64,000 nt of DNA from the human T2T-CHM13v2.0 reference genome, Homo sapiens (GCF_009914755.1 NC_060944.1); one strand, 5' to 3'. Numbered from the stretch's first letter, positions 43,751 through 61,778 are shown. Program-made: numbers and translations. The notes: generated by a model not told the origin, from the sequence alone.

Positions 43751-44164
43751 AGGTAATAAAAGAGAGTTGTATTTGTTAAGCACATATCTGACAGTAATTA
43801 AATATCACAACTCCTTCTTGTGTAGAAGCATGAAGGAGTTTGTGGTGGTTTATTTGGTAATCCATGAGGCCGGAGCCCTTAACTACTATCTCTCCTATGC
43901 TTCAGCATGTCAGTCCTCCTCTTTTTAGACATATTTGGCTATTGTCTTCCTTCCAGTTCATCAGCATTCTTGTTGCAGAAGCTTTCCCACAATAGCCATT
44001 TTTAGAGTACACATTTGCTCCATTTCATTTACAACAAATATTTTTCAAGACAAATTCCATGCCTCTCATGAAGCAGGTTGTTGTTCTTCAGTGGGTTAGA
44101 AGTGGGATGATTCCTCCAAATCTACCCTAGAATCTCAGATGCTTTTCTCCGAGCACTTTCCCCA

Positions 44165-44420
44165 ATAATAATAATGACTAGCATTAGTGCTTCATATGTG
44201 CCAGGTACTTGACTAAGTACTTTAGAGATATTAACTCTTTGAATCTTCATAACAACCCTATGAAGAAGATACTGTTATTCTTATTTTAGAAAACAAAACA
44301 AAACAAAATGATAGGTTAAATAACTTACCAGGGTCGTATAATTAGAAAGAGGTGGAGCCACATTTTAAATCCAGGAAGATTGGCTCCAGAATCTGTGCGT
44401 TTCACCTGTATGATGTGCTA
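44165..44420 (-). mobile_element. MIR
   Basis: ATGTGCCAGGTACT...AATCTTCATAACAACCCTATGA...GGTTAAATAACTTACC. Confidence 0.75.
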
Positions 44421-44477
44421 CAAATTTTCCCATCTGTGTTATCAGGTGGCAGTTATGACTTTTTTGTTGACATAAAT

Positions 44478-46030
44478 TTTTAACAGCTTTATTGAGGTGT
44501 AATTTACATATAATACAGTTCACCCATTTAAAGTATACAATTCGATGGGTTTTTGTTCATTACATAATTAAGCTTTTAATTGTAAGAAATATATAAATAA
44601 AATGAGCTATTTTAACCATTTTTAAGTATGCAATTCAGTGACAATAAATACTTTCACGATGTTGTGTAACCATCAGTAGTACCTATTCAAACCTATTTTA
44701 TTAGCACAAATAGAAACCCTGTAATGAGTAAACAATAATTCCCCATTTTTACCTTACCCTCAGCCCCTGGTAATCTCTAATCTACTTTCTGTGTCTATAA
44801 ATTTGCCTGTTCTAGGTACCTCATTCAAGTAGGATCATACAATATTCATTCTTTTGTGTCTGGCTCATTTTGCTTAGCACAATGCTTTTCAAGTTTATCA
44901 ATGTTGTACCATGTATCAAAATTTCACTCCTTTTTAAGGCTGAATAATACTCTATTATATTTATAGGCCATATTTTGTTTATTTATTCATCTGTTGGTAG
45001 ACACTTGGATTGTTTCTACCTTTTGGCTATGATGAATAATGTGGCAACGCACATTATTGTACAAGTATCTACTTTCAATTCCTTTGGATCTGTACCTGGA
45101 AGTGGAATTGCTGGGTGATATGGTAATTCTATGTTTAGTTTTTAAGGAACTACTTTAAAAACCATTACATTTTCTATAGTGGCTGTACCATTTACATTCC
45201 CACCAGCAATGTATGAGGGTTCAAATTTTTCCATGTCTTCACCAACACTTTTCTTCTGTTTTTGGTTTTAGCCATCCTAGTGGGTATGAAGTGATATCTC
45301 ATTGTGGTTTTGATTGGTATTTCCCAAATGATTAATGATATTGAGCATCATTTCATGTGCTTATTTGCTATTTGTGTGTCTTCTTTGGAGAAAAGTGTGT
45401 TCAAGCCCTTTGCCCATTTTTTAGTTGGGTAGAGTTCTGGATATTTAACACTCATGTGATATACGATTTGTAAACATTTTTCCCATTTAATAGGTTGTCT
45501 TTTCACTCTCTTGAGAGTGTCCTTCGGTACACAGAGTTTTTAATTTTGATGATATCCAACTTGTCTATTTTTTCTTTTTTGTGTGTGCTTTTGTTATCCT
45601 ATCTGGTACTCAATTGCCAAATCCAAGATCAAGAAGATTTGCCCTTATGTTTTCTTCTAAGAGTTTTGTAGTTTAAGGTCTTATATTTAAGTTGTTGATC
45701 CATTTGGAGTTAATATTAGTATGAAGTGGGAGTCCAACTTAATTCTTTTACTTGTGGAAATTTAGTTGTCCCAGTGCCACTGGTGGAAGAGATTATTCTT
45801 TCTCTATTGACTGGTCTCTTCATACCCTTGCCAAAATCCCATTGACCATAGATGTGTAGGTTTATTTTCCAGACTCTCAATCTGTTTCATTTGCTTATAT
45901 GTCTGTCCTTATGCCTCCATTATACTGCTTTAATTATTGTACCTTTATAGTGACTATTGAAATCAGGAAGTGTGAGTACTCCAACCTTGTTCTTTTTCAA
46001 AACTGTTTTTCCTATTCAGGGCTCTTTTAG
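44478..46030 (-). mobile_element. L1MB-like 3' portion
   Basis: AACAGCTTTATTGAGGTGTAATTTACATA...; antisense ORF2 C-terminal motifs. Confidence 0.85.
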
Positions 46031-47194
46031 AATTTACTATGTTATGCTTTTGTACTTATCAGTATTCAGTATTTATTTGTCCAGGCTTGTATTTTCTCTT
46101 TTATTTTGTATTCACATAGTGGCTATCACCTTAGAAAGATTTCTTTGCAAGCTGTTAGCTAATAGTTCATCTCCTGATTTATAACTCTGCTAGTACAAGT
46201 CTATGCTTTCTTAAACACAGTTCCCTAATCCAAAATTAAAACCTGTCCTGACCAGAAGCTTTTTGGAACAGAGACTGATCTGGATTGATATAAGGTTATT
46301 TTGCCTTTTAAAAAAATCTTACCTAATATGAATATTCATATCTTTTACAGTAGAACTATTCATATATTTGAATAGACTAAGCTATCTGAGACCTTACAAT
46401 GGATATTATATATTGCATGTAAACTGTATTTTGGTTTATTTCCCTTATTAAAGTGAAGTGATTCTAAATCTTAAAACACATTTTGCCCTAAGGATTTCAA
46501 ATGAGTGATCGTTGACCTGGATTTTTATTTTTGAGATATATCAAGAAAAAAATTTCCAATGAAAATATGATAGGTCCTGTGTTAGAGTAGTTCTTATAAA
46601 ATTTAGTGATCTTTGTTATGATCTTTGTTTCAGTTGTTATGAAAGAATAGTTGTGGTCAGGTAAATCTTTGTGGAGTAAAGCTTGATATATTGGGAAGAA
46701 CTTTTTACTAACATTATTTATCACTTACAAGGAACCATGCACATTATAAGAAGGAAGATAGTAGTAGCAGTAAAAAATAGCAGTGAGCGGTGTTTCCTAT
46801 ATGAATGTGTTGCATGAAGAATATGTGTGCTTATCCCTTCATCTAAGAACAGATTCTTTGTCTCTATTATGTTTACACCAAAACCCAACACTAAGATTTT
46901 CTTCAATAAAAAGAAAAATTCTAAATTCAGCCCTCCTACTCCCATCCTTTGATAACACTCTCTGCCTTGACTGGCATCAAGTCTACTTGTTGAATTCACA
47001 CTCTCAAGAGGACAGGAAGAAAGACAGACAGATAAGAGAGACACTTGTCTCAATCATATAGTTTCATGAACTAACAGGTTTTTGAAGTCCTGGCTCTGAA
47101 GAACATGGTCATTAGGTTTCCAAAATCAAACTTGGGCAATAAAAAGGATATTGCTTTGTTTGTTTTGGTACCACATATACTATAATGGGATTGA

Positions 47195-47490
47195 TTTTTT
47201 TTTTTTTTTTTTTTGAGATGGAGTCTCGCTCTGTCGCCCAAGCTGGAGTGCAGTGGTGCCATCTGGGCTCACTGCAAACTCCGCCTCCAGGGTTCACGCC
47301 ATTCTTCTGCCTCAGACTCCCGAGTAGCTGGGACTGCAGGCATCCCTGCCACGCCCAGCTAATTTTTTGTATTTTTAGTAGAGACGGGGTTTCACCATGT
47401 TAGCCAGGATGGTCTCGAGCTCCTGACCTTGTGATCCGCCCGCCTTGGCCTCTCAAAGTGCTGGGATTATAGGCGTGAGCCACCGTGACC
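47195..47490 (-). mobile_element. AluY-like
   Basis: GGGTTCACGCCATTCT, TTAGCCAGGATGGTCTCG; flanking repeat GGATTGATTTTT. Confidence 0.95.
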
Positions 47491-47521
47491 ATACAGGATT
47501 GATTTTTGAAAGGTTAATCTG

Positions 47522-47836
<315 letters not shown>

Positions 47837-50800
47837 AAGGTTAATCTGAATTCTTTTTTAGGGGTGACCTACCGATTTGCCAAGTATTCTATGTTTTCAA
47901 AAAGGCAGCCTGAGAAATTTCCTGACTTCAGTTATTCTTGAACCACCTTCAGAACTTTTACCATAACTGAGTAATCTTTTATGATCTTTCATGTAGTGCT
48001 ATATTTGTTATCTTGCTTAAAAAAAATTGCATTTAACTGTCGTAAAAGAAAAAAATCAATATTTTCCAAATAAATATGTAACAACTAAAATTAAAAATGT
48101 ACATATGTTTGCTACCTAAAATCACCTCAGAAACCACTGGAAACAAATGCACCACACTTTTGGGAACACTGCCCTAACGCTAAGTCTCAAAAAATTGATG
48201 CGTTCTTCAAGAGGATGTAAGAATTGGAGGGAAAAGCCACAAATTTTTCTTTTAAGTCTGGGATTAAAAATGCATTCTTGCTTTCTTAGTTTAAAAACAA
48301 ACAGCTAAGTACCAACTGAAGGGACCACCATGGAAGTCCACATATAGTTTCTGCACTTGTCATTTTATAGAAGCAATCTCTACATCTCCGCTGCCCCAGA
48401 CTGAAAATTTTTAGAGCAGTAATTTGTCATAACCGTTTTTTGTTTTTTTTTTGCTTTTTTTTTGGAACTCCGTGACGATAGGAATAAATAGTAAACAAAC
48501 AAACAAAAACTTGTGCCTCTTGTTCCTTCGTGAACACTGAAGTTGTGAATAAAATGATAATGTAGAGTTTGTAAATATTCAAATTTTGACTTCTGTCTTT
48601 CATGTTAAATTGCCCTAGGCACTTGGACTCAATTTCAGACATTAGTCATCTGTAAAATAGAGGACTGACGATGCTAGCCATTGATGCCAAAGGGATAGAA
48701 AGACTTTATGCATATCGAGTTCTAGAATGACATAGTTGGCTATGTAAATCAGTTTGCCTGATTTATCATAACAGTGCATTTAAATACAATGTTCATGAAA
48801 TATTACAACTTGTAATTAGAAAATTGATGTTGGTTAGAGAAATTGTGTTGACTTTGTCTTTTCTAAACACTTCAGAAACTTTATTTATTAGCTTTAGAGG
48901 TAGATCCTTCAATTAAGCTGACTTAAAGAGGTAAAATGAGGTTATTGTTAGAAATAAAAACCAATTTTTCATTAAGTTCAATTAAGTTCAGTTTCTCCTT
49001 TATTATGCTTGTATTTAATAGAATAATTTATGTGGTATTTCCATTAAATCATTTACCAGGGTTTTATAACAATATGTTACTAGTGTTTGGAAATATAAAT
49101 ACAAATCTCTTATAATTTTCAATTTGTGCTTATATTAACCATTCATTTCTTAAGCTTTGATCATTTAAATGCTTTATTTACTAGTTTTCATATGCTTCTT
49201 GTAAACCTAGTCTCACATTAAGAGGATGCTTAAAATGCCAAAATGCCCTGGTAAATTAAAACGAATTCATCGTATTTCTTACATTACTTAACTCTGATGA
49301 CTACAGTCTAGTTGATACTTGTAGGATTCAAATTCATAAAACCTGAGATATTCAGATCAAGGAGAGGATAGCCATTGGGAAATGAGTTTTTTATTCTTAT
49401 GGAACTGAAAAATGCGGTATCACTTGAAATTATTAGTCTAAAGTTTGCCTTCACGTGACTAATATTGGGAAAAAAAGTTTTTAAGAAAACTTTGGAAAAT
49501 CAACACTTTTAAAATTTTATATTTGGCACCAGACATAATTGGCACTAAGAAAGGAAATAACTAAAGTTGTGTTAAGATAAATACAAATGTTTTGTTTCCA
49601 TCTTAAGAAGGGTTTTTGATGTCCTCTGGTGTAGATATTTACTGGAGAGAAGGCTATTGCCAATCTACATTCCATTGCAGTTGATTTTAAAATATAGAGC
49701 TAAACAGGAAATGTCATGAGTGATGTGACCATCTGCCAAGTGTAAATGGAGTCTGAGCAAGTGGATGTAATCTGTACTAAACAAGCAAATGCGTTGGAGT
49801 ACAGCCTGAAAGATTTTTAAATCATGAAGCTACAAGCCCAATATATAATGTTTATTTTACATACTAGTAATTCTTGTGCAATTGGGTTTATTGTAACTCT
49901 TGTAACAACTGTGATAATTTTTGCTAAGTGAAATTAAACAGCATCTTATTCCAGTTTCAGAGTTTCCATCTGATATACTTTAGAGTGCTTGGAATTCTTT
50001 GGTAGTTCTTTTCTGAAATCCTTAAAGTTCTTTCCCTGCCAAGAAACCTGTTTTCACAGTAATTATAAATCAGGAATGCAGGTAAGAGGAAAGAAGAAAC
50101 ACAAAAGGGTGCTTTATGTAATCCCACCCCTCTGCTCTGTTCAAAGGTGCCAAAAAGAAATCAGGGATTGTTAAAACTCATACTGAAGGATTTATAGAAG
50201 CCATCAAATTGGGGACAAGTTACAATGAAAACTTTTCATTGTAAATGCACTCAGCTAACAGCATGATATCTCATTTTAATAATCAATGGAGAAAAAGTTC
50301 TTTCAGGCAAAGTGTATTCTAAAGTGATTTTTTTCCCTTATGGAAACATAGATAGAATAATCATTTAAATAAAGCTTTAGGAGTAAAATGATACACTATT
50401 ATTTTAGTTATACATGTTATATACATTTTTATTGAAATGTAGATGGCTACACCTTTATCAAATTACAGTTTTATTGTTTCAGTGTTGTTTACATTAACTT
50501 CCATTAACTCTGTTGTGATTCATAGTTTAAAATGGGCCACAAAAATTACATTTATCATTTCACAAATTTAAAAAAGTATCAACGTCGGGCTATCCTATTC
50601 CTTTAATGGACCAGTTTAATGCTTAGTAACATAACCCTTTAAAGTCTACATGTCAAAGATAGCATTTTTACTTGAAGAAAGTAAACATAAAAGAACTTTA
50701 AAGTTTTAGTATCTGTTTCCTTAACTGATTTTAATGGACTTCCAAAACAATCAAGGGCAGTGGGTGGCCTCTTACTTGCAGAAGCCAATTTTTAAGTGCA

Positions 50801-51518
50801 TGTGTTTCTTTTCCATGTTGACCTCTTGCTGGGACATATTTGTTGTCTTTTAAAATGATATTTGCTAAATTAGCTTATTGAAATGCTAAATCATGATATG
50901 TTACTTTTCAGCCATCAATTTGAAATTCCACGCTTTATAAATTTCAAGTGATTTAAAAACACTGACTTTTATATTCATGCTCAGATAACAACTGCATATT
51001 ACAAATGACTTGTAAAGGTGTGTGGATCTTCCACTAATGATTGTATTACTTGCATGTTATTAGCATTAAAGAACATGTATCATTTACTTATTCTTTCATG
51101 CAAATGTATTGAAGGCATGTACATTTATTGAAGGACTGCTGTATGAGCCAATACAGCGTATTTTTGTTAGGTACCTAATTTGTGTGAGGCCCTTTGTTAA
51201 ATGCACTTAATGCCATATATTATTTAGTTTTCATCATAACTTTGATGTAGTATACTGTTTTTATCTTCATTTACCAAATGAGGACATGAAGACAATAAAG
51301 AGACTCACCCAAGAACATATTTTTAGGAAGTGGTGGTTTAATGATGGAAACTCTCATCTGTCTGACTTTATGTACAGCTATGGTGCACAGTAGCAGTCTA
51401 TAAAATCTATCTTGTAGAATTCATGGTTTTCTAAAATACTACTGTGGTGATGATAGTTTTCTCTCTATTGAATTCTGCCATACTCTACCCACAGATTCTG
51501 CTTTCTCTTCTCTGATGG

Positions 51519-51962
51519 CAATATAGTTTGGATATTTGTCCTCATGCAAATATCATTTTAAAATGTAATCCCCAGTCTTGGAGATGGGACATGATGGGAG
51601 GTGTTTGGAATATGGGGGCAGATCACTCCTTAATGGCTTGGGCCATCCCCTTAGTCAAAAGTGAACCCTCGCTGCTCTGAATTCATAGGACATCTGATCA
51701 TTTAAAAGTATGTGGCACCTCTTTTCTCTCTCTTTCTCTCTCTCTCTTGCTCGCTTCTGCTTTTGCCATGTGACATGCCAGCTCCCCTTTTGCCTTCTGC
51801 CATGATTATAAGTTTCCTAAGGTCTCATCAGGAGCCAAGCAGATGCCCAGCATCATGCTTCCTGAACAGCCTGCAGACACATGAATCAGTTAAACATCTC
51901 TTCATTATAAATTACCCAGTATCGGGTGTTTCTTTGTAGCAGTGCAAGAACAGCCTAATGTA
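51519..51962. mobile_element. MST-family MaLR solo LTR
   Basis: ATATAGTTTGGATATTTGTCC...TAAATTACCCAGTATCGGGTGTTTCTTTGTAGCAGTGCAAGAACAGCCTAAT; 5-bp TSD GATGG at 51514-51518 and 51963-51967. Confidence 0.9.
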
Positions 51963-52159
51963 GATGGCTTTTCTCTGTCTCCTTTGCTTCAAATGCAGAG
52001 AGGCAGTACTAGAGACAGAAACTGCATAAGGCTATGGCCTTGGATGACATCACCAGGAGTGTGTGATGCAAAAATCGGGTTGAGGCTAGAAACCGGAGAA
52101 CACCAGTAATAGAATCAAAATTATGCTTTAAGGACATGAATCTAACAGCAGGCGTATCT

Positions 52160-53070
52160 CCTTATTGATGTTCTCTGCTTACTCATACATCATTCTCCTG
52201 AATTTCTTTTTTGTCCATAGTTTTCTTCAGCTTTTTCAACATAAGACAATTAATTTAAAGTCTTTTTATAGTCTGTCCAAGGCTAGGCCTCCTCAGGAGT
52301 AGTTTCTCTTTTACCTGTAAAACAGTATGAATGTGCCATACTTTTCTGTTTCTTTGTATGCTTTGTAATTTTTTGTTGAGAACTGGACATTTTGAATATC
52401 ATAATGTAGTAAGTGTGGAAATTCTTCCCCCTCTCCAAGGATTGCTGTTGTTAACTTGATGAAAGCTGCAGTTGTCCATTTGTTTAACAAGTTTTTTCTA
52501 TTTTTTTTCAAAACTATATTCTTTGTCATGTGTGGTCACTAAAGTCTCTGTTCCATTATTTTTGCAGTCAGCCAGTGATCCTACAGAGAATTCCTTGAAT
52601 GCCTAGATCCAATAAGAAAATAGAAAAAAGTGTCCATCTTTTTAAGTTCCTTTGACAGCTGCTTTAGCCCAATAGGGTTGAAAGAATGGCCAGCCTCTGT
52701 GCTTCTGTGCCGGTTTCTCAATGAACAGCCAAGCATATAAAAACACACAAGCACAATTGTTGGAGGACAACGTCCTTATTGTCCACTCTAGCACCAACAA
52801 GCCATACCAAGTACATGGTCTTATCTCCCTATGGCTGCCAGCTTGGAGCTGGGGCTAAAGGATGGTAGCTGCTTTGTGAAATGCCAAAATTCATTGAAAT
52901 TTGCCATGCCTCTTTTTCCCTTTACACTCTCCTCATGTTGCAAGTGTCTCACCAGACTTCAGAGTCTGAAATACTATAGTTTATTCTGACAGTTCTTGCT
53001 ACCTCAACTGATTTCAGTGGAGACATCAATTCTTGGAGCTTCCTATTCAACCGTCATCTGTGACATAATT
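52160..53070 (-). mobile_element. Ancient L1M 5'-end fragment
   Basis: Similar to 33200-34780 (e.g. TTTAAAGTCTTT, AACTGGACAT, GTCTCTGTTCC, GGAGCT..CTA). Confidence 0.6.
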
Positions 53071-53147
53071 CTATTTTCCTTTTTTCCCTTTGGTTCATTT
53101 TAAAATTTCTTTCTACTTTTTTTTATAGGTGACTTTTATGTAAGTAG

Positions 53148-53446
<299 letters not shown>

Positions 53447-54012
53447 TTATGTAAGTAGTTTTTATTAATTTGGAATTTTAAGTACACTTGACTCTGAATA
53501 ATGTGGTAGTTGGGACTCTGATGTCACCCCACACAGTCAAAAATTCATATATGACTTGATTTTACAAAACTTTATTAATAGTCTACTGTTGACCAGAAGC
53601 ATTACTGATACTGTAAACAGTTGATTAACACATATTTGTATGTTATATGCATTATATACTGTATCGTTGCAATAAAGTGAAACAAAATATCACAAAGAAA
53701 ATCATGAGGAAGAGAAAATACATTTACAATGCTGTACTTTATTTGTCCGTACCATAAGTTTACATTGCCTTTTCAGAAAATGAATTGTCTGTCAGAACTA
53801 GCAGGCCATCTGCAGCCGCAGACCTCAATCTATGGCACATCTCAAGCAATTCTATTTTTTTTTAATGTTGTGACTTCTCTGCTTCTTGCAAGGACTTCCG
53901 GCATCACCAGTGGCATTTTATATGGGTCCCATGGTGGTTATTCAAGATTTATGGTATCACACTAAACTCAGTGAAAAATACATGAGAACTGAGACACAGA
54001 GAGAGAGAGCAG

Positions 54013-54654
<642 letters not shown>

Positions 54655-54877
54655 TTATGGGAGAGATAAACTGTTCACATCGAGATGATTGGCCACACTA
54701 TGTTTTAAGAAGATACTTGTAACATTTGAGCTCACTGCAGGGGCAACGGGAGCTGGCTATGAAATTATGATAATGGTACAGTGTACACTACAGTTAATAC
54801 TGCATTTTTACATTTGCTTATATTTCTCTCAATGGCAAATGGCACCATGTACAATCTATTAGTGTTAAATTTTAACC

Positions 54878-56770
<1,893 letters not shown>

Positions 56771-56802
56771 ATTTAGCCTTCTATAAGAGATCTGTGTATA
56801 TT

Positions 56803-57133
56803 GTAGCAACATGGATGCAGCTGGAGGCCATTATCTTAAGCAAATTAACCCAGAACAGAAAACCAAATATTGCATGTTCTCACTTGTAAGTGGGAGCTAA
56901 ACACTGGGTACTTATGGACATAAAGATGGCAACAATAGACACTGAGGCCTACTAGATGGGGGAAAGGAGGGAGGTGGACACGGGTTGAGAAGCTTACTAT
57001 TAGGTACTATGTTCACTAACTGGATGATGGGACATTTGTACCCCAACCCTCAGCATCATGCAATATACCCATGTAACAGATCTGCATATGTACTCCCTGA
57101 ATCTAAAATAAAAGTTGAAGTCATTTAAAAAAA
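56803..57133 (+). mobile_element. L1PB-like 3' end
   Basis: GCAACATGGATGCAGCTGGAGGCCATTATC...TGAATCTAAAATAAAAGTTGAA. Confidence 0.88.
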
Positions 57134-58479
57134 TTAAGTTTTCTGCCTTAGGAATGCGACTTCTTTTTTTTTCAAAGTAAAAATAACCTCCATGAGACTT
57201 TTCTTTTAATTTCATTTGTTATTCTATTCCCATAGAATACATTTTTATATTTCATCAACTCCATATAGACTTTCTGAGTCCTAAATGGAAACTGAGATAT
57301 CTTCAACTAGATAATTGAACTTGATATATTTCAAGAATTGTTATGTATTTCAAAATTTTACAGATACAAATATTTTTATACTAGTTCCTTTTGTCCTCCC
57401 TCCCTTCCTTCTTTCCTTTTTCCTCTCTCCGTTCTTTCCTCCTTCCTTCGTTCCTTTTATTCACATATTACATACATAATATCACTTGTATGTGTAAATA
57501 TATGCAGTTAGACTTTTCTGAAACTTTATGTGACTTCAAAAGATTATTCTAATTCATTATGTAGATCAAAAAGCTGATTTCCTTTGAGAGGGTTTTAAAT
57601 ATTATAAATGACTTAGTATGCAGAAGCTGGACTTTGCCTTGTTATATATGATAATTAAATACTTGATTTCAAAATATATAAATTAAGATGGAAAATTATT
57701 TAAGGATTGTGTGAACCTATTATTTTAAAGTTACTTAAAAATATAATTTCTAGTCATCAGAAATATTTTATGGTTTTGCCATGAGTTAAATATTAGTCCA
57801 AAATGAATCTACATTTTGTTATAATGTATATGCCTGTTTGGACTGTCTGTTCCTAAATTTCATTCTCCCCAGCTCTGTAGTCCCTTAGCTCTATTATGTG
57901 GCTCCCAATGGAGTCCCACCTTAGGTTTCTTATATTGACGGCAACTTGGATGCATGCCTCTTAAGCTGACCCATGCCTGACTCTGCCCTGTGTATGAATT
58001 TGTGTCTGCTTGTAGATCTCTGCAGTATAGCTCTGGGTCAGAAGCATTTCCATAGTTAACCTCAAGCCTGTGCCTGTCCAGACTGTCTGTGGTACCCATG
58101 GATCTCTAGAATACTAAAGGCTTCACTGACATGTTGAATCCAAACTCACCATATATTAAGTAAAACCAGGTTGAGATCTTAAAATGTGTTTATCCTCCCA
58201 ACAGTAAGCTTTTTAGACCCGAGAAAGTGGAGAGATATAAGAGAGAGATTATCATTACAGTTTAGAGGAGTGTATCTCATTGAAATATTGTTAAATGAGA
58301 GCTGATCAAAACTAAGATATGGTTTCACAATACATGTAAACACATTTAGGTCAGGAGTTTAGAAAACTTCTGAATGAGCATGTTAACAAGAATATTGATA
58401 TGGAGTCTCTTTCTTTCATAAGGAATGGAGGAATGGCAAACAGAAATTAATGTTTGAAGTCAATAACCTAGTGTGCAAG

Positions 58480-58860
58480 TTCTTTATGATCTAACTCCAT
58501 TTCATTTTATAAGCTTCTTTCACTGTCTACCCTTTAGCTATGCCAAGGGTCAGAAAATTGAATATATTCTGTCTTCCTTAGTGTATTTGTTTTTTCTCCT
58601 TTTCACATTTTCTTACCTTAGTTCCTCTGCCTGGAATCTCTTTCTGCTCATGACTGTAAGCCATGCGTAATATCTGCTCTTTCAGACTCAGATCATCATC
58701 TTGTGCAAAGCCCTCATTCCTCCCTTTCTTTCCCACCTCCTCTCTCCCACCAACACAGAAGTAATTCCTCTTTCTTCTTAATTCCTACTGAAATTTTGGC
58801 ATGAGTATAATTTCTTACAGTTTTATATCATGGCTTAGTCTCATTATTGCTTGCCATATG
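58480..58860 (+). mobile_element. L2 fragment
   Basis: GTTCCTCTGCCTGGAATCTC...TTCAGACTCAG pattern. Confidence 0.5.
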
Positions 58861-58870
58861 TGAGGGGAGT

Positions 58871-59237
58871 TGTTATGGACTGAATGTTTGTGTTTCCCCA
58901 GAATTCATGTGTTGAAGCCCTAATCCCAAACGTGATTAGATTAGGATTTGAGAGTCTTTGTCAGGTAATTAGGTTAAGATGATGTCATGCGGGTGGAGCC
59001 CTATGTTAGGATTACTGTCCTTATAAGAAGAGGAAGAGACACCAGAGCTTTCCTTCTCTACCATATGAGGACACAGAGAAAAGTTGACCACCTGCAAGTC
59101 AGGAAGAGGGCCGTCACTAAGAACTGAATCTGCCAGTACCTTGATCTTGTACTTCCTAGTCTATGGAACTGTGAGAAATAAATGTCTGCTGTTTAAGTCA
59201 ACCAATCTATGATTTGTTATAGCAACCCAAAAGGACG
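58871..59237. mobile_element. MLT1A/A0-type MaLR LTR
   Basis: TGTTATGGACTGAATGTTTGTG...GAACTGTGAGAAATAAATGTCTGCTGTTTAAG...TTGTTATAGCAACC. Confidence 0.88.
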
Positions 59238-61053
59238 TGTAGAGGAATATTATGTCCTATGAATACCACAGTAGTTTTAGTATACATGGAATCAGTTTGT
59301 CAATTGAGATTGTGTTGAATTTATAGATCAATTTAAGGAAAATTGACATCTTTGAGTTATCAAGCCTTTCAACCCATGAAGATGGAGTTGCTCTCCATAT
59401 ATTTAGATCTTCTTTAATTTCTCTCAGCATCGCTTTGTAGTTTTCAGTGTATAGGTCTTATATCTTTTGTCAGATTTATACCTAAATATTACATATTTTT
59501 GATGCTATGGTAAATGGAAAAGGTTTTTATTCAATGTTAAACTGCTTGTTGCTAGCATGTAGAAACACATTTTTTAAATATTGCTCTCATAAATTGCAAC
59601 CCTGCTAAGCTTATTAGCCCTAGAAGCTTTTGCACAGAATATGTAGATCTTCTACATAGTTATGTTTTACTTCTTCCTTTCTTATATGAATGCCTTTCTT
59701 TTTTCTGCCTTTTTTTAGTGTCTTATATTGCCTTATCACAATGGCTAGAGCTCCCCATACAATGCTGAATAGCAGCGGTGTGAGGAGACATCCTTGCCTT
59801 GTTCCTAATCTCAGGGGTAAAGCTTTCGGTCTTTCCCCATTGGGTATAATGTTAGCTGCAGGTTGTTTTTAAAAAATACATAAAATGTGCCTATTATTCC
59901 AAGTTTGCTGAGAAGTTTTATATTTTCCTTAATCAGGTATTGATGTTGGATTTTGTCAAATGCTTTTATGCATCTATTGATATGATTATATGTATTTTCT
60001 TATTTGTCCTGTTGATATGGTGAATTATATGGGTTGACCTTTGAATGTTAAACCATCATTATATTCCTAGAATAAACTCTATTGTGTCAAAATATGCTAT
60101 CTTTTTAATATATTGTTGGATATGATTAAAATTTTAAGATTTTTTATATATATTGATTAGGGCTGCTGACCTAAAGCTTTCTTTTTTTAAATGTCTTTTC
60201 TGATGTTGATAGTAGAGCAATGTTGATCTCATAGAATACGTCAGGAAGTGTTCCCTCATCTTCAACTTTCTGTGAGAGTTTGTGTAGTATTGGTATTATT
60301 TTCTCTTAAAATGTCTGGTGGAATTCATCAGTGAAGACATCTGGTCCTGGAGTGATTATTGATTATTAGTTTGTTTTTTGTGGGGGAAGGTTTTTAATTA
60401 TAAATTTAATTTTTATAATAGATATAGGGCTATTTGTATTTTTTGAGCAAGGTTTGGTAGTTCAAGTTTTTTAACTAATTTGTCCAGTTCGTCTAATTTG
60501 TCAAATTTAGGGGAACAGAGCTATTCATAATATTTTCTTATTATCCTTTTAACATATGTAATCTGTTAAAATGTCATTTCTCTCAGTACTAATTTTTGTA
60601 ATTTGTGTCTTTATTTTTTTTCATGATCAGTTGGCTAGAAATTTACCAATCACATTGATCTTCTCAAACAGCAGCTTTTGATTTCATTGGTTTTTCTCTG
60701 TCATTTTGTTTTTTATTTAATTCATTTCCACTTTGATATTCAGTATTTATTTTCTTCTGCTCATTTTGTGTTTCATTTACTCTTCTTTTTCTGGTTTCTT
60801 AAAGTGGCAGCTAGGTCATTACTTGATACATTTCCTCTTTTCTAATATAAATATTTAGTATTACAAGTGTTCCTCTAAGTACTTCTTTAGCTGCAATCCA
60901 CAGATGTTGGAATATTGTTTTAATTTTAATCAACTGTACATACTTTCTAATTTCTCTTTTAATTTCTTCTTTGACTCATGGGTTATTTAGAAGTGTGTAA
61001 TTTAGTTTCCAAATATTTGAGGATTTTCCAAGCATCTTTCTGTCATGGATTTT

Positions 61054-61188
61054 TTATGTTTATTTTTGTTTTTAGAGACAGGGTATCTCTACAATGCCCA
61101 AGGTAGACTACAACTCCTGGACTCAAGTGACTGTTCCACCTCAGCCTTCCAAGTAGCTGGGACTACAGGTGTGTGCCACTGCACCTGC
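61054..61188 (-). mobile_element. FLAM/AluJ monomer
   Basis: Single Alu arm; flanking ATGGATTT repeats. Confidence 0.8.
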
Positions 61189-61778
61189 TATGGATTTCTA
61201 ATTTAACTTCATTGTGATAGGACAATATACTTAGTATGACTTAAATCCTTTTAAATCTATTGAGACATGTTTTATGGTCCATGGTGTTGTTTGTCTTGGT
61301 AAATGTTCCATGTGCACTTGAAAAACATTTGTACTCTGCTGTTAGTGAGTAGAGGGTTCTATAAATATCAAGTCAAGTGGTTGATAGTTTTATTCTATAT
61401 CCTTACTGGTTTTTCTCTACTTGTTCTATTAATCATTCAGAGAATGGTGTTGAAATCTCTATCATTGTGGATTTGTGTATTTATTCTTGTAGTTCTATAG
61501 TTTTTGCTTCATATGTTTTGAATCTTTGTTATTAGGCATAAAAGTCTAGGATAATTGTCTCCTTTTGATGAATGAATCCTTTTATCATAGTGAAACCTTC
61601 TTTATTCTTGGTAATATCATTTTCTCTGGAATCTACTTTTATAGCCGTTCCGATTTTCTTGTATTAGTGTTAGTATGGTATATACTGTGACATTCTTCTA
61701 ACTTTTTTGTGTCTTTACATTAAAAGGGGATTATCTGTATCAGCCTATAGTTTGGTGTTGATTTTTAAAATCCAATCT

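Noticed and set aside
46200-46510. Possible Tigger/MER-type DNA element
   Set aside because: Resemblance too weak to assign.
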